Source: Perna viridis
Lineage: Eukaryota
Direction of reading: 5' to 3'
NCBI GenBank assembly: GCA_037379345.1
Contig: CM074517.1
Coordinates: 43,070,500-43,134,499 of the forward strand
Length of the DNA: 64,000 nucleotides
In this document: piece by piece, positions 40,303 to 53,704 of the stretch
Layout: each line of letters opens with the position of its first letter
How positions within the stretch are numbered: the stretch's first letter is position 1
Notes under the pieces: generated by a model
Databases searched by the model: none
Told to the model about the DNA's origin: nothing
Seen by the model: the letters and a program-made list of their open reading frames with translations, nothing else
Translations under genes and position numbers: made by a program

Positions 40303-40420
40303 GCCTAGCTGGCCGAGAAGTCTAGGGCGCTGGACTTTGTGCAGGCGGTGTTACCAGAGATCACAGCGGTACGAGTTCGAGTCCTGCATCGTAAATTTGA
40401 CAGTTCTAACATCGTTGGGA
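40303..40420 (+). mobile_element. tRNA-derived SINE head or tRNA pseudogene (Leu/Ser-like)
   Basis: A-box-like tggccgagaag followed by tctagggcgctggac, and B-box gagttcgagtcc at 40373-40384. No intact acceptor stem or anticodon arm. Confidence 0.65.
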
Positions 40421-43400
40421 ATTTTTCAGACCTTTCTATACGTTTACATGTCTTCCCTGTATCAATTTGATCCGATGGAGCAGTGTAGCGAATAGAGTCG
40501 TCACATTCTGAGACGTTTGTATATATATTCTTTCTTTTCCACATCTATAATGCTGCTTTGATCATTTAAACAATGATTCCAGAATTGTATAAATGATTTA
40601 TATTTACGACAACACAAAACTTAAAATAAAGCTTTGCAGGGGACCTAGTTTGAAAAGTTAGACCTAAAATTTAATTCGAGACGTTTACCCCAAGATCGTA
40701 CCGTCAATAATTTCACCATAAAACGTTTCAAACTAACCGATATCTATAAATGTCTTTATCTGATTAATCACCTCTTTGGGTCAATGTATTCGCTTTTAGG
40801 TACTGTATGTGTATGTATATGTACAACAAGAACAAAGAGAAACTAAATTTACCATTTGTGTTTCGTGATAAAGACGGATAAATAAGCTTTTTTATTCTAC
40901 TTATGATGCGACTTGAAATTTCAAATTATTTTTTTATTTAAAAAGTTTTTTCCGTGTATTTCTGTCAAATTACATTTTTTGTTTATTGTAAACAATTGAA
41001 CCAATACTGTAAGTACAGTTAACTTACAATGTATTATATATTTATTATCATGTATTTGTTTTCTTTTAATTTACTTATTTAGCTACTGATTGCACATATT
41101 TTCTTGGAAAATTCAGCATATAACAATAACCTAATATAAATCTTTTCACTACCTTCATCGATAGTTATTTTAAATGGGCTCTGCATACGACCCACGGAAG
41201 TCATAAATATGGAGGGCTTTTCTTCAACAGATGGAATCAATTGATATGTGTTTAATGCCTTTCCTGATCACTGCTGATGAGGACGATTTATTTATTGGTA
41301 ACGTAAATTACAGGTAATAATTACGTGCCATTAAATTCTTTCTTTTGCGGGTAGCGGTATTTAGGGACGTTATGTGTTAGTAATCGCGCTTATTTAGAAT
41401 ATTTATGGTGTTATTTAGCCTGTATTTATCGCTTTAATATCCTTTAAGGCGTCCTGCTTGTAATATGATAGTGTTATTTACAATGTCAGTAAAGAAAATG
41501 AATAAAAACAAAATAAATATAAATGTCAACGAGTTGTCAAACCAAAATAATCACAGGTTATAAAATGAAATTGAATTTTAATATTCTATTCGAAGGCTAT
41601 TGGGAAAGGAGTATAGTTCGACAAAATGGAGCTGTAATTGAATGCAGACAATCAAATTTAGCATCTATTATTTGATATTAAATCCAAAAAAAAAAGTTCT
41701 TGCAACTTAGTTTGAATTCTGCAATTTAAATATCACAATGATGTAATTGACAAGTTTAATAGATATGCACCAAACATGTCTTGATATAATAAGTTTATAA
41801 ACTACTTTATTTGTTTTACTTCTAACAATTTGTTTCTTTTTTTTTTATTTTTTTATAATTTGAATGTGTAGGGATTGCATGGAAGTCGTTTTGTTATACA
41901 CGATTGTTCGTAACTATTTGAATTGTCATTAATTGTTTTTGTTTTATTTCACTCATGTTACCTTTAGTTTCATTGTCGGTATATAAGTTGATCAGTTTGT
42001 CATAACAAATAAACTAACAAAACAAGCAAATTATTTTTAATTTTTTGTTTAACTCAAATCCACAAATTTAAAACATGTCTCTTTTATGTAGTCATGAAAT
42101 TAATTTGTGAAAATATAAGTTAATCGATACATATTTCAATTTCTATTTCGAGACCGATGGTATAAAATAGATAAGTTTCACACTTACTCTAACGAGTATC
42201 CTACCTAGAATAACCGTGACATTGTCTCGACTAACATACAAAAATATGACATACATTAGTTCCAAAAAGGTCCTACGATTTTTTGTAATGCAAATATGAC
42301 TATTGCATTTATAGATAATTTCGAAAATCAGGCCTGTGGATAAAAACTAATTAAAAATTAAATTTTCTTCCAAAGTCGTTAATGATATGTTTATAGCTTA
42401 TCATTACCACGCGTAGTTCTAATATGTTAATAAAATATAGCATGCACTAGCAGTAGGATTAAACATCCAACGACTCAACATATATAGTATAAAAGGTTTC
42501 GCTAAAATGATCAGACATACAATGTTCAAGATAGATAGATTACAGTAGCGACTGTTTATTCTCGTTTATTTCATTTAGAACAATGACAGTCTTAAAGTGC
42601 GTTCTTTAAATAAAATAAACCTCGAGTGAAATATGATTCAAAATTTTCTAACTACCATTCAGCAAGTCCGAGTCAAACAAAAATTATTGCATGACATAGT
42701 TCAGTTTTCAACAGATGGCAGTTCACAAGTTATTCTCTCTAACGTCATTAATTATTGTGTTATCCGTCTATTTCGTACTAATTGCTATTGTACTTTTTTG
42801 GTCGGTTTCACAAAAACTAATGAAAATTTCTCAGGTGTGACAAAATGTGTTTTTTTTTTAATTTTTTGAATGATGAATTGTCAGTTTCCCTTCGACTGTA
42901 TAGACCAACTAGTTTAATTATGTAAATTGATTAATGAAAATGAGGAGTGTATATATTGTTCAAATGTAATGAGTGTTTACATATGTATCAGTGAATATTT
43001 ACAATGCGTACCTGTTCCAATTTGCATATGCTTTGATAAATCCTACAAATCTATATTTTTTTTTCAAATATATATAGTTTAATGTGGTTTTTTATACAGC
43101 TTTCTTTAGTATCGCTTAAGAATGGCGCTTTCAGTTTTTTCCTGTCAGTATGGCTATCCCTATGTCTCTTTTCAACTTTTCTTGAACAGTTTTTTTTTCT
43201 GATTGCTGTTTATTTGGGTTTGACAGCATAATTATGATATAAAATTTATCACGAAGTTCTTCAGTTCTTAAGATTTTTGTAACTTGGAGGTTTTTATGGC
43301 ATACTCTAAAACATAGGCTGGTCTCGTTAGCCTGGCTTGTCCTGAACATTTTTTTCATCTTTTTGTTTGTCTTCGATAGTGTAAAAAATATTGAAATAGA

Positions 43401-46400
43401 AAATAGAAATACACATTTTCAATTTTATTTTCTTACTTTAATAATATGTGTCATTTTAGATTCAATACCTATGGTAATTTAGCTTTGATTGGTATACACA
43501 AGTTTGTTTCAAATTCAAAAATACTTTAAAAGTTTTTAAACGTGTTTTGATAAAACAAGTTCCTGTTTCATTAAGGGATTGTTTAGGCAGTATTATTTAT
43601 ATCTTTTGAAACAGTGAGTTCTGCAATTTAAATGTCCTGCAGAACCTTTCTGTACTAAGTTCAGTTGCTATCAGTCTCTGCTGTCAACATTCTTCTGACT
43701 ACTGAGTTACATGACCCCATAAATTGAAACATTTTTATGAAGGTATGGGTCATTACAAAACTGACATTAACTACTGCATTTTGAAACCTGTATTGAATGC
43801 AATTTTGTCAGGACATAATGCATTCCTTGCATAGAGGGAATATATTTTCAGCAATGTAGAAAGACACCTTTTTTCACTTATCTGACACAACATGTTGCAT
43901 ATTAATGTTAAGAGCCTCGCAGCAAATTAGCTTGTCAATTTTGTGAATTCTTTCTTCCAGTTTTGTCAATTCATTTCGTGTACAACATTCAATCATTCAA
44001 TTATAAGTATAAGATATAAGATGAAATGACCAACTGTGTTAAATTTTCTTCTTTCTGATCTTCCTTGATGAAATAAAAAAAGTTGCAACCATGTCCTATT
44101 ATACTTGGTGTAAATATGGTTTGTATGGTCTATGGGATATTTTGGAATTACACATCTATTATTTTTTTCATACCATGGAGATTACTACATTTTGTTAGTT
44201 TATATCAGTAGGATTAATCTTCAATTATATAAGCTGACTGCAGTGCTACCCACCCTGGAATCATGACTTTGATGACTGTACAAGTGGTATGTAGTGACAA
44301 TTATATTTTAGCCGTAAAAAATCATTTGTTTCTGAGATAATACAAACTAGTGCTTATATATGAGATATAATGACAGGTTACATGTATACTACGTCTTCTA
44401 GTTATTAGTCAATAGATTTCAACCATTATGCACATTAGTCCTTTTTATAACTCAAACATACTTGTATTAAAATTTTTACACATTGATTTAACACTGACTA
44501 TTTTATCGAAGAAATATAGATTATAGTTTGGTCATTTTATTTTTCGCGTAAAACAAATCAGACCAAAAATGTTCAAGCCAACCTAGGATATTTAAAATTA
44601 TAGGCAAGTCAATTGTGTGTTCTGGCCCGACCAAACCAACATTGAAGCTAGGCTAGGCATGATTTAGAGTATACTGTTTTCTATGCAATCTTGAGAAAAT
44701 AAAATTTTGTAAAGCAAATGTTATTGTATCTCAGTTATGAGTGTTATTATCTATTGTAAATTGTTTAGTAATTATATGACGTAGTTTTCATATGGCTTCA
44801 GCAAATCTTGATAGAGTTAAGTGGTTTACTTTTTGGACATTGTGAATATTGTAATAAAGTTTTTTTTTCTCACAACTTCTTTCTACAAAACGAAGTAAAT
44901 TTACATATATATATATATATATATATAGGTACCATCAGGCAGCCAAATATTTTACCTTTAAATAGTACCACAAAAGTTGCAATAACATTAATGGCTTTGG
45001 AGTAAAATGAAAAATATGTACCCCTAACTCACTGACAATCGATAAATTGACATATTTTTCAATGTCAAAACCCCTAGAGGAATATGCTTTAGCAAAAAAT
45101 ATTATTATCTAAATAAATACTTTGAATGACTTATGGCGATTTTCATAGTCAAAATTCATAAAAAAAAGATTGTAATTAATGGGATTTTCTATTTTCTCAT
45201 AAATAGTCGCATATATTCGACTCTACAAGCTATTGCTCCACCAAAACGTCTTAAATTTTGTATCATTTGATAGATTATTAAATATTGTCTTAGTTCTTAA
45301 ATGAGATCAATGTATTAGAACTTTTCAAAATCAAATTACATGAAAATTTAAAACCCCGAAAAACAAAATACCTCAACATGAACCAAAATTTTAATTGATA
45401 GCAAATAAGCGATGTACAAAATATATGTTGGGTACTATTGTTTAAATTATCGATTTATTCAAGAAATGTTCAGGCGTGTATTTCTCAGTCTCAATTTGAA
45501 AATAATAACCTTTTTATAAAAAGGTAAAATTTCGGAATTTTATATTTTCTTCTATTTCTCATGTAATGGGTATGTTTTTTTAAATAACATTATTTATTTT
45601 TTTACATTGAAAGTTATGTCATTTTCTGTGTCTTTGTGATACACATATAGGCTTATACGTAGAAAAAGAGTACGAGGATATTCTTCGGCGGCAAATTGAT
45701 TCGGTAATGGAGGTATAAAGGTTTAGTAAAATGAAATGATTTTTTTTTCACAGTTAAAACAAGTTTGTATTGACATCGTGTTAAAGTGGATGAAAATGAT
45801 ATTGCAACTTTAAGTGACAGAACAAAGACTTGTCTGACCCCAAATTATATCATATATCTTTATAAAAAAATTCTACAAATTTCAATATCGCTCAAAAGCA
45901 TTAAGGTTTTATTCAATGAATTGTCATCATAGGACTAAAACTCTTAATGCTGAATTCGGCATCCTATTTCGATATTTTTTTGTTTGGAGTTCCTCTTGTG
46001 TATACTTAATTTTTTTATTTCGATTTGCATATGTGATTGATTCTAATGAAATTGAGGACAAAATACTCCTGAAAGCGCATGTACAGAATATTTGAATTTG
46101 CAATATTAATATGATTGGTATTTTAATATAGTATACCGTTAGCTTGCCTAATAGCATTCTTTTGATTATTAAAAAAAAACAGAACATGTTATGTTTAGCC
46201 ATGAAAGTTACTTTTTCACATTATATCTGTATGATATTGCGTCTTGTTCGTGTGCTTATGAATTTTGTCATTGTCTTAAATTCATGTACATTTACGTTTT
46301 TACCTCCTAACTCTTTTCCAAATTATGCAAAACCAACCAGTTTGAACTAGCGCAATGAAATAGTACAAGCGGTTAATACCACGACAATGTAGACCAATGG

Positions 46401-49400
46401 ACGTTAATTCCAATATACTAATATTTTATACAAGTTAAATTAAACATTCTCTTTTTTTAACAAATAAACTAAAATCCAAAATTTTCATTTCAAAACAATT
46501 AAAGTTTATTTATATGTGTTTTATGACATATTAAAAATATTTTACTTTATAAGCGATACCTGATATAATAAGATATGAAAGATTGATTTGGGTAGAAAAT
46601 GCACACATTCTTGTATAAACAGGGTTTTTCTAATCATATATCACAAATAGAGTGTAGTTATTTGCATTCTTATCTTAAACATTTTGATCTCTAATTTAAT
46701 TGCATTGTATTTTATTCTATTTTGTTTCCTTGACAAAGGATCGTTCTAATTATTAAAACAGCACTGCTTCACCGTTAAACATTTAAAAAAAATTTTTTTA
46801 TTAAGTTCATTGTGGGATAAATGAAGTTTCGGTGTCCCTATACAAATGAGTGACACGTGACTACCTGTAAAAATTTAATTCATGTTTTTACAATAACTTC
46901 CATCATATGCCTGACAGACCGTCACCACTTAGTATAGTTCGGACCTTTAGGGCAAAATTCAATTACCGTCAATTAAGATACTAAAACATCTAGTATAATT
47001 GATGGAAATACGGGAACATGTCTTCATTTTGAAGATTAGAAAAAAAATTAAATCGTATAGCATATGGTTAAAGCAATAAATTTATCCTGCAGGTAAAAAT
47101 CAGAGCTATTAACAAACGTAATGCGACAGAGGTCCCACACCTGTTCTAGCATTTATATTAAATAGAATAAAACGTTCCTTCATCTGATTCCAATTTATTT
47201 CGCATCCTTATCTATTTTGCCAATTTGTAATGTCTTGCAATTGACTCTAAGAATATGATAAAATATTGGAATTAAAAAAAAGGCGTGTGATCAAAATAAT
47301 TATATTGTATTAGGCGACTGTATGTCGGTCGGTCAATCTGTTTAACAATTATCTGTTGCATACGTTTAGTACATTTGTAGGTCTTTATCATGGTATTGAA
47401 GTACCTATAAATAGCAAAAAATGAAATTAAAAATAACACAAATACGTAAAATTGTACTTATGAATTTGCATTAGACATCCTCGTACATACGAAGTCACTG
47501 ATAAAAATATGAAGGCGTGTCAAGTTGGCTTCGTTCTACAAATTTAAAATATCATAATATAAGTAATTTTTGGAACAGAAAATTTGAAAACACGGTAATT
47601 AAAACGTACGTAAAATAACAATATGAACCAATTCCGAACTAATTTGTTCTTAATTACCTTAAATCATTTTGTTTGAACAAAACACCAGTTACATAATTGT
47701 ACTCCACAATTCTATTCTAGGAGAACATTTCTTCAAAAGGTTTCAAAAGTCTGCCTCTTGGTAAAATCATCTGCCTCATAAAACGCAATTTGTATCACAA
47801 ATAATAGTTTGCGATTTAGTGGAAGATGTGTTAATTGTATTTGATAATCGTATTCATTGTATAAACTTTAGATAATTGGACTTGGGGTTCATTCGATTCT
47901 CAAGTATCACTATACCTCGTTTGTTTGACGGCTGAGGTAAACAGCCCATGACATTTAGCGTGAATAGCGATGCAAATCGTCTCTTACAAATCACATCCAC
48001 TTTGCAAATGTTACAAAAACTGCATTAAACGACGCATTTTCTCTGTTTTCTGTTTTGTTTCTACGAAACTTGAGATGATTTCATTCCATTATTTTATGGT
48101 CTATCGCTTTCTGAGAATAATCACTTGTTATCTTGTTAATGTGTCTAATAAACAGCCCATCAACCATTGTTTTCCGGCAAATCAATAGCAACCACTTAGA
48201 ATGTTTTCTTAAATGACAAGAACTATCTTGCTTTTCTTAAAATTAAATTGCATGAACAACAAAACTCACATTATGTAAAGATTGCTTTCACTTATAGCGC
48301 AATTATTTTGTAATTCGGTATTAGGAGAACCATCAAAATGTCGCGCTGAAGTATAGCGTTTTATCATGCTTCTGTACAATAAATGAATAGTTCCAATTAT
48401 GGTTATGTCTTTTATTTCTTGTTTGGACGTGAGGAGTAATGTCTGATTATTTTAGGAAGATAAATGTATGTTTGAGCACTTAAACAGTGAAATGGTAAAC
48501 GCAAAGATTCTTAAATGGTGTTCTGTCAGATGTTCATTCACCGTCAAGACAATTGTCATTTAGAACATTTCCACAGCTTTACCGATAAAGTTACCGAAAT
48601 TACTAGTTTCAGACTGTCGTCGAGACAGAAACATTTACAAGAATAAGTTTTGGAAGAAAGTCGACAAGGAGATGAAAATCGTGCTTAACAATATATATTG
48701 CCAAAAGATGTCTAGTACACTTTTAGTTTGCATAATGATATCATTTATTTTTTTTTCTTTTTTTTTTGTCTTCAGGTATAAATATAAATGTACTAATAAA
48801 TGTACTTTGTTGACAGCAATAATTCCTAGTTCTTTGCTCTTTTGTTAAGTGTTGTTTCCTAACACATAAATTTCATGTAGACTTTAAGTCACAAATATCA
48901 ATGATATATTGACGGCGACTTATTGCAATCAAAAGGTGATGATTGCAGCAATTTGGACTGACATCTGACATACATCATTTTTCCAAAGAATAATTTTAGC
49001 CTTTATATCTATACTTCATTAAAAATATCATAGGTATAGCAAATTGTTGAAAAGACATTTGCATGTTCCATGAAATAATTTGGTTAACAACGAAAGAGAA
49101 TGCTTAATTCTAAAACTATAGCCATGTTATACTGCGAAAATTTTATATACATGTAGGTCATAATCACACGAACTGAATCTCCTAGCATTATATACATTTT
49201 TACACATCAGTAGCGCAGTTTGATCCTCATTTTAGAAAATGATATAAGGTTTTGGGCACAAATGAAAAAGTTCATAAATATTCATGCAATAATTTAAATT
49301 TATAGTATATAAGTATTGCTAATAGGTTTTAATGGCAGATACAGGATATGACCAAAATAATATTTTCTTGTCAATGACCGGTTTGAGATAGAATCGTTGC

Positions 49401-50103
49401 GAGTATAAATTTATTTCTAAAGTTTACCCACAAATTTCAGGAAAAGGCGAACCTAATACTATAATTTATATAATGCCTAATATTTATAAGATTAAATTTG
49501 AATAACAATGAATTGGAATGCATGACGGTCTTATAATTTTAAGACTATTCCGGAGTTTTTAATGTTGATAAATCAAATGTTTGAACATATTTGACATGGG
49601 AAACACTTCCTTTCTGTAGTTTAAAGCCTGCTGAGTTGCATCAAAAGGTTGATATTTTCGATCACCCATGGAAAGTTTTCTTTATTCATTTGCCTCACTA
49701 AAGCTGTAAAACAAGAAAAAACTTCACTTATGCGTAATTTCACTTATTAGAGATTCCATTATCAAAACCACTTTTAAAATTAACCTGAAAGTGTCGTGCC
49801 GAAACCATAATTAAACATGAATAATCTGTTTTCAAAATGTTTATATTTATCACATGCAATTTTGCCATCAAAGAATCGTCAGAAATTAATAAATGCTTTT
49901 TCTTCAAATAAGAATTGGCACAACGATTCAATGAACCATGCTTTAGACATCTGTTATCCCATGTCTTTAAGGCAGATTAAATTGTATTGCATTGCGAGTT
50001 TATCAACAAATTATCCATAATTAATCTATTTCTTTATTTCATTCGTTTTTAAGCTTTAGTTATATAAACAACATGTCATAAAATAACATTGTTGCTTTTC
50101 GTA

Positions 50104-50297
50104 TTCAAAGAGTAATCAAGGGAACCAAGGTTATAGGGTAATCAAAAGAATGTAATCCAGGGACAAAGACCAGACATAGAAAACAGACATACACAACAAA
50201 GGACTAAAATCATACATACAAAGTAACAAAAGCAAATGAACAACTCGGACTCCACTAAAAACTGGGAGTATGGACCAGGTGCACCGGTAGGGTTAAG
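50104..50297 (-). mobile_element. ~195-bp 3'-terminal fragment of the same Penelope-like family
   Basis: Closely similar to 15401-15604, with the same two end points. Confidence 0.85.
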
Positions 50298-52954
50298 AAT
50301 ATAAAGGAAATTTGTCTGTGTAAAAATTTATGGAACAGAAACCTGTTCAATCATCTTTCATCCTTCCTGAACAAATGGTCACCATTTGGTCAATAGAGGT
50401 TTTTTTGTCTTAAGTTATTGAAAAATATAAATATATCAATAGCGAATACAAAATTAATTAACAACAAATCAATGATTATAATATCTGTATAAGTCACATT
50501 TAACCATGATTACCCAATACAAAAAAAACTTTATTGTCGGACACTCCATGTCGGAACAAGAACAAACTTATCTGTAAAATCTTCATTTCTTTTTGGACTG
50601 TATTTTAGCTAAGTACGTGTTGCTCCTTCTAGTTAGTAAAAGCTAACCACACAAACACCACGAAATAAATCCAACAAGACATAGCACACCTAAAAACAGA
50701 AATTTTTATTAGTTTCATCAGAACGAAATTAATTCTGTTTTGCTCAAAAACAAAGCCTTCTTAGTGCTTTTACAAGAAAAGTAATCAGATTCGAATTTCC
50801 TACCTGCTTAAATATTCAAGAAAACAAATAAAAGACGAAAAATATTAATTTATCCCAGCTTATCAACAAATGATATTCACCATGTGCGCTGTTATAGTCT
50901 TAAATCAAACCTTGAAATTGCAATAAATACAAAATAAGATACTTATTGAAGGCAAAATTCATGAATTATGTATTTGTAAAACAAGAAACAAATAAAAGCA
51001 AATTAATTCACTAGGATAATCCTAATAAGGTTATAAAGGGCCGTTGTACTTATGTAATTGGTTTGTTCTTTTCAAATTATTTTGTCTTTATGCATATCTC
51101 GTTTTCTCCTTCAAAAAACCATGGTACTCATTTTGAGTTGTCATGAAAGTGATAAAATAAAATCCGCTTAAACTAAACTTAGTATTGTTTTTTTATTTCA
51201 ATTTTATTTTAGTTAAAACAGGTTATAGTTGACATAGTAAAAAAAATGTGTACACGAGTCAGAAGCTCATTTCTTGTTGTTTATGAAATGAACAAAGTTG
51301 TAATGAAACGTGTTTGTTTTTTTTTTCTTTTACGTCTGATACATTATCAAAATTTTGTTCAGTAAACTATCTATGAGAAAATTTCACTTATAATTAAAAC
51401 AAAGTATGCATGCCCTTTATAACTCTTTCTGTAATTTAATTAAAGCAACGATTTTTCTACATAATGTTTTTTGTCGTTATTCCTTTTGTTTTTGGCCCTA
51501 GATTGGTATGATGAGCAATGCGAACTTACAAAGCTTGAATATGGATGACAATATGAAGATAGTACTACCTCAGCCTCTGATCAACCCATAGGAAGCATCG
51601 ATTCCGTTTTTATCGCATCTTGAATAAGAAAAGCACCAGCCGCCGTCATTGATTAGACGGTAAAGCCATGTACATACCATCCAATATCTAATTAATACCT
51701 ATGGCAGTGTTCTTAAAAGAAAAAGATTATAAAAAGATTGTTTCAGGTGAAAAAAGCGTATGACACCTTCCTGATAAGACTTAATACGATTGCGATTCAA
51801 CCATAAGTAGATCTCTTCCTTTTTAGATGAGATAAATCGCGAGCTATTCACGCCCGGAATGACAATTGGCTATCATCAATATCTTTGAAGAACACTTATT
51901 GGAAATATACCGGTAATGGAGTCTTCAACTGCTTCCATTTAACGTCGTTAAGTCTTTTAAATGGGTTCTTAACCAGGTATTAATCGATTTAACTTTCGTT
52001 TACAGAGATTACCGGTGTTTCCAACATCCTTCTCGGCTCGATACACCGGAAACGCTCTTGTGACATGAAGATAAGAAAAGTGCCAATCGACCAGAGCTCA
52101 GAAAGTTAAGCCGATCGTAATATGCATTGATGACTATTAATTATGATTGGTTTATGTGTATCCTTTGACTGTCTGAAGACATCTTTGCGATTTCCGGTAT
52201 TAAAACATTGTCTTTTATGTATGAATCAGTTCATGCAATTGAAAACCTTAATGCATTCTTATAATTGTATATCGACTCCAAGTACACGGGACATAATCTT
52301 CGTGGTCTCTATTCATGCAAAAACAATAAATTAATACCATATAGTAACGGTTTAATTTGATTGAATTTAATTAAAGCCATTCCAGGAGATATTAAAATGC
52401 TATTAGCTTCCAATCGACCTGTCATCTTTCCGTTTTATTTAAATTGAAACATCTTAAGACCGATACAGAAAATTAAGCTGAATGCTAAGTACCCGGATAC
52501 GTTCGACTTATTAGTCGTTTAATTCCGACGAGCTTCGCGCGTACCGGAAAGGTAATAAAGACCACAATAAATACGCTTGCTGATGAAAGAATTGTGTAAA
52601 CTCACTGTCTTCAGTATGCTATTCGAGAATATTTCATTTTAGGTCCAGAACACCAGAAAGTGCTTTTGTGTGCCTTTTTTCTATGCAGTTGAAATTATTG
52701 TATTTATAATACCAGAAACTTTTAAGGCAATTATTTTTATATCAGTTGCAATGTTTTATAGTTACTTAAAATAAACAATTTCCGGGGAAAAAACTTCATA
52801 TCATCTGATAACATTAATTAAAAAAATGACATCAAGATATGATTTTGTCTTTCATACTGACCAATCTGATAAACAGTATGTTGCAATAAATAGTTTTTCA
52901 GTGATATGTTGTCTATGTTAATATTTGACATCTCCATTGGTACGGTAGGCTTAA

Positions 52955-53166
52955 GGAGGTAGACCTAGGGTAAAGGACACAACTCTCGTAAGTCATTGGA
53001 ACGTATGTATTCAGCATTTTATAGCAATCTCATGTAAGCATCAAATCAACTTGGACTGATTTCATTTGATATCAAATGAAAACTTGATATGTTTTAGTGA
53101 AATTGAATATTATACAAACATATCACTGATTTCAAGAGTTATGTCCTTTACCTTAGGTCTACCTCC
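52955..53166. mobile_element. MITE with ~30-bp TIRs and TTAA target duplication (Kolobok-like), copy 2
   Basis: ttaa|ggaggtagacctagggtaaaggacacaactctc ... aagagttatgtcctttaccttaggtctacctcc|ttaa. GG..CC termini with TTAA fit Kolobok better than piggyBac (CCY termini). Confidence 0.88.
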
Positions 53167-53669
53167 TTAACTGGTCTTCATTTATGTAAATGGTAGTTTT
53201 TAAAGGAAGACTTGATTTAAACCAAAAGTGTCAATACATTCTCAATCGTTATTTTTTTACTATACCACTATATGAAACAACCTAACTGATGTGATGTACC
53301 AATTAAGTATATTTTACATGTAAACGAAATCGAGACCAATATGCCATAAAATGTATACATCTACACGAGATGATTATACATAAAGAATAAATTTTGGGAT
53401 AGATACCTCAATTACATACTGGTTTGAAGATCTTCGAGATATCTATTTATTAAAAAAAAAAAAAACAATAAAGGAATTTTTATAACCTTCTCTTTTTCAA
53501 AATTTTCAGAATTCAATTTACGGAAAATAATGTTTTAAGTTATGAATACACATTTTTTAATTGACAGTCTAAACAGTATTTTTTTATTTTATTATCTTCG
53601 AGATGAACCTTGTACAAACAGGTATTTGAAGTATTATGACAACCAATCAATTAGATAGTTTTTGTTGCA

Positions 53670-53704
53670 TGTGTGTGTGTATGTGTGTGTGTGTGTGTGT
53701 GTGT
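53670..53704. repeat. (TG)n microsatellite
   Basis: Interrupted tg run. Confidence 0.95.

Noticed and set aside
40303-40390. Functional tRNA gene
   Set aside because: A and B boxes are present, but acceptor and anticodon stems do not pair and no oligo-T terminator follows. Treated as a SINE head or pseudogene.
41272-41290. ctgatgag hammerhead core motif (also ctgatga at about 14273, 20814 and 52580)
   Set aside because: No stem II followed by GAAA, and no flanking helices.
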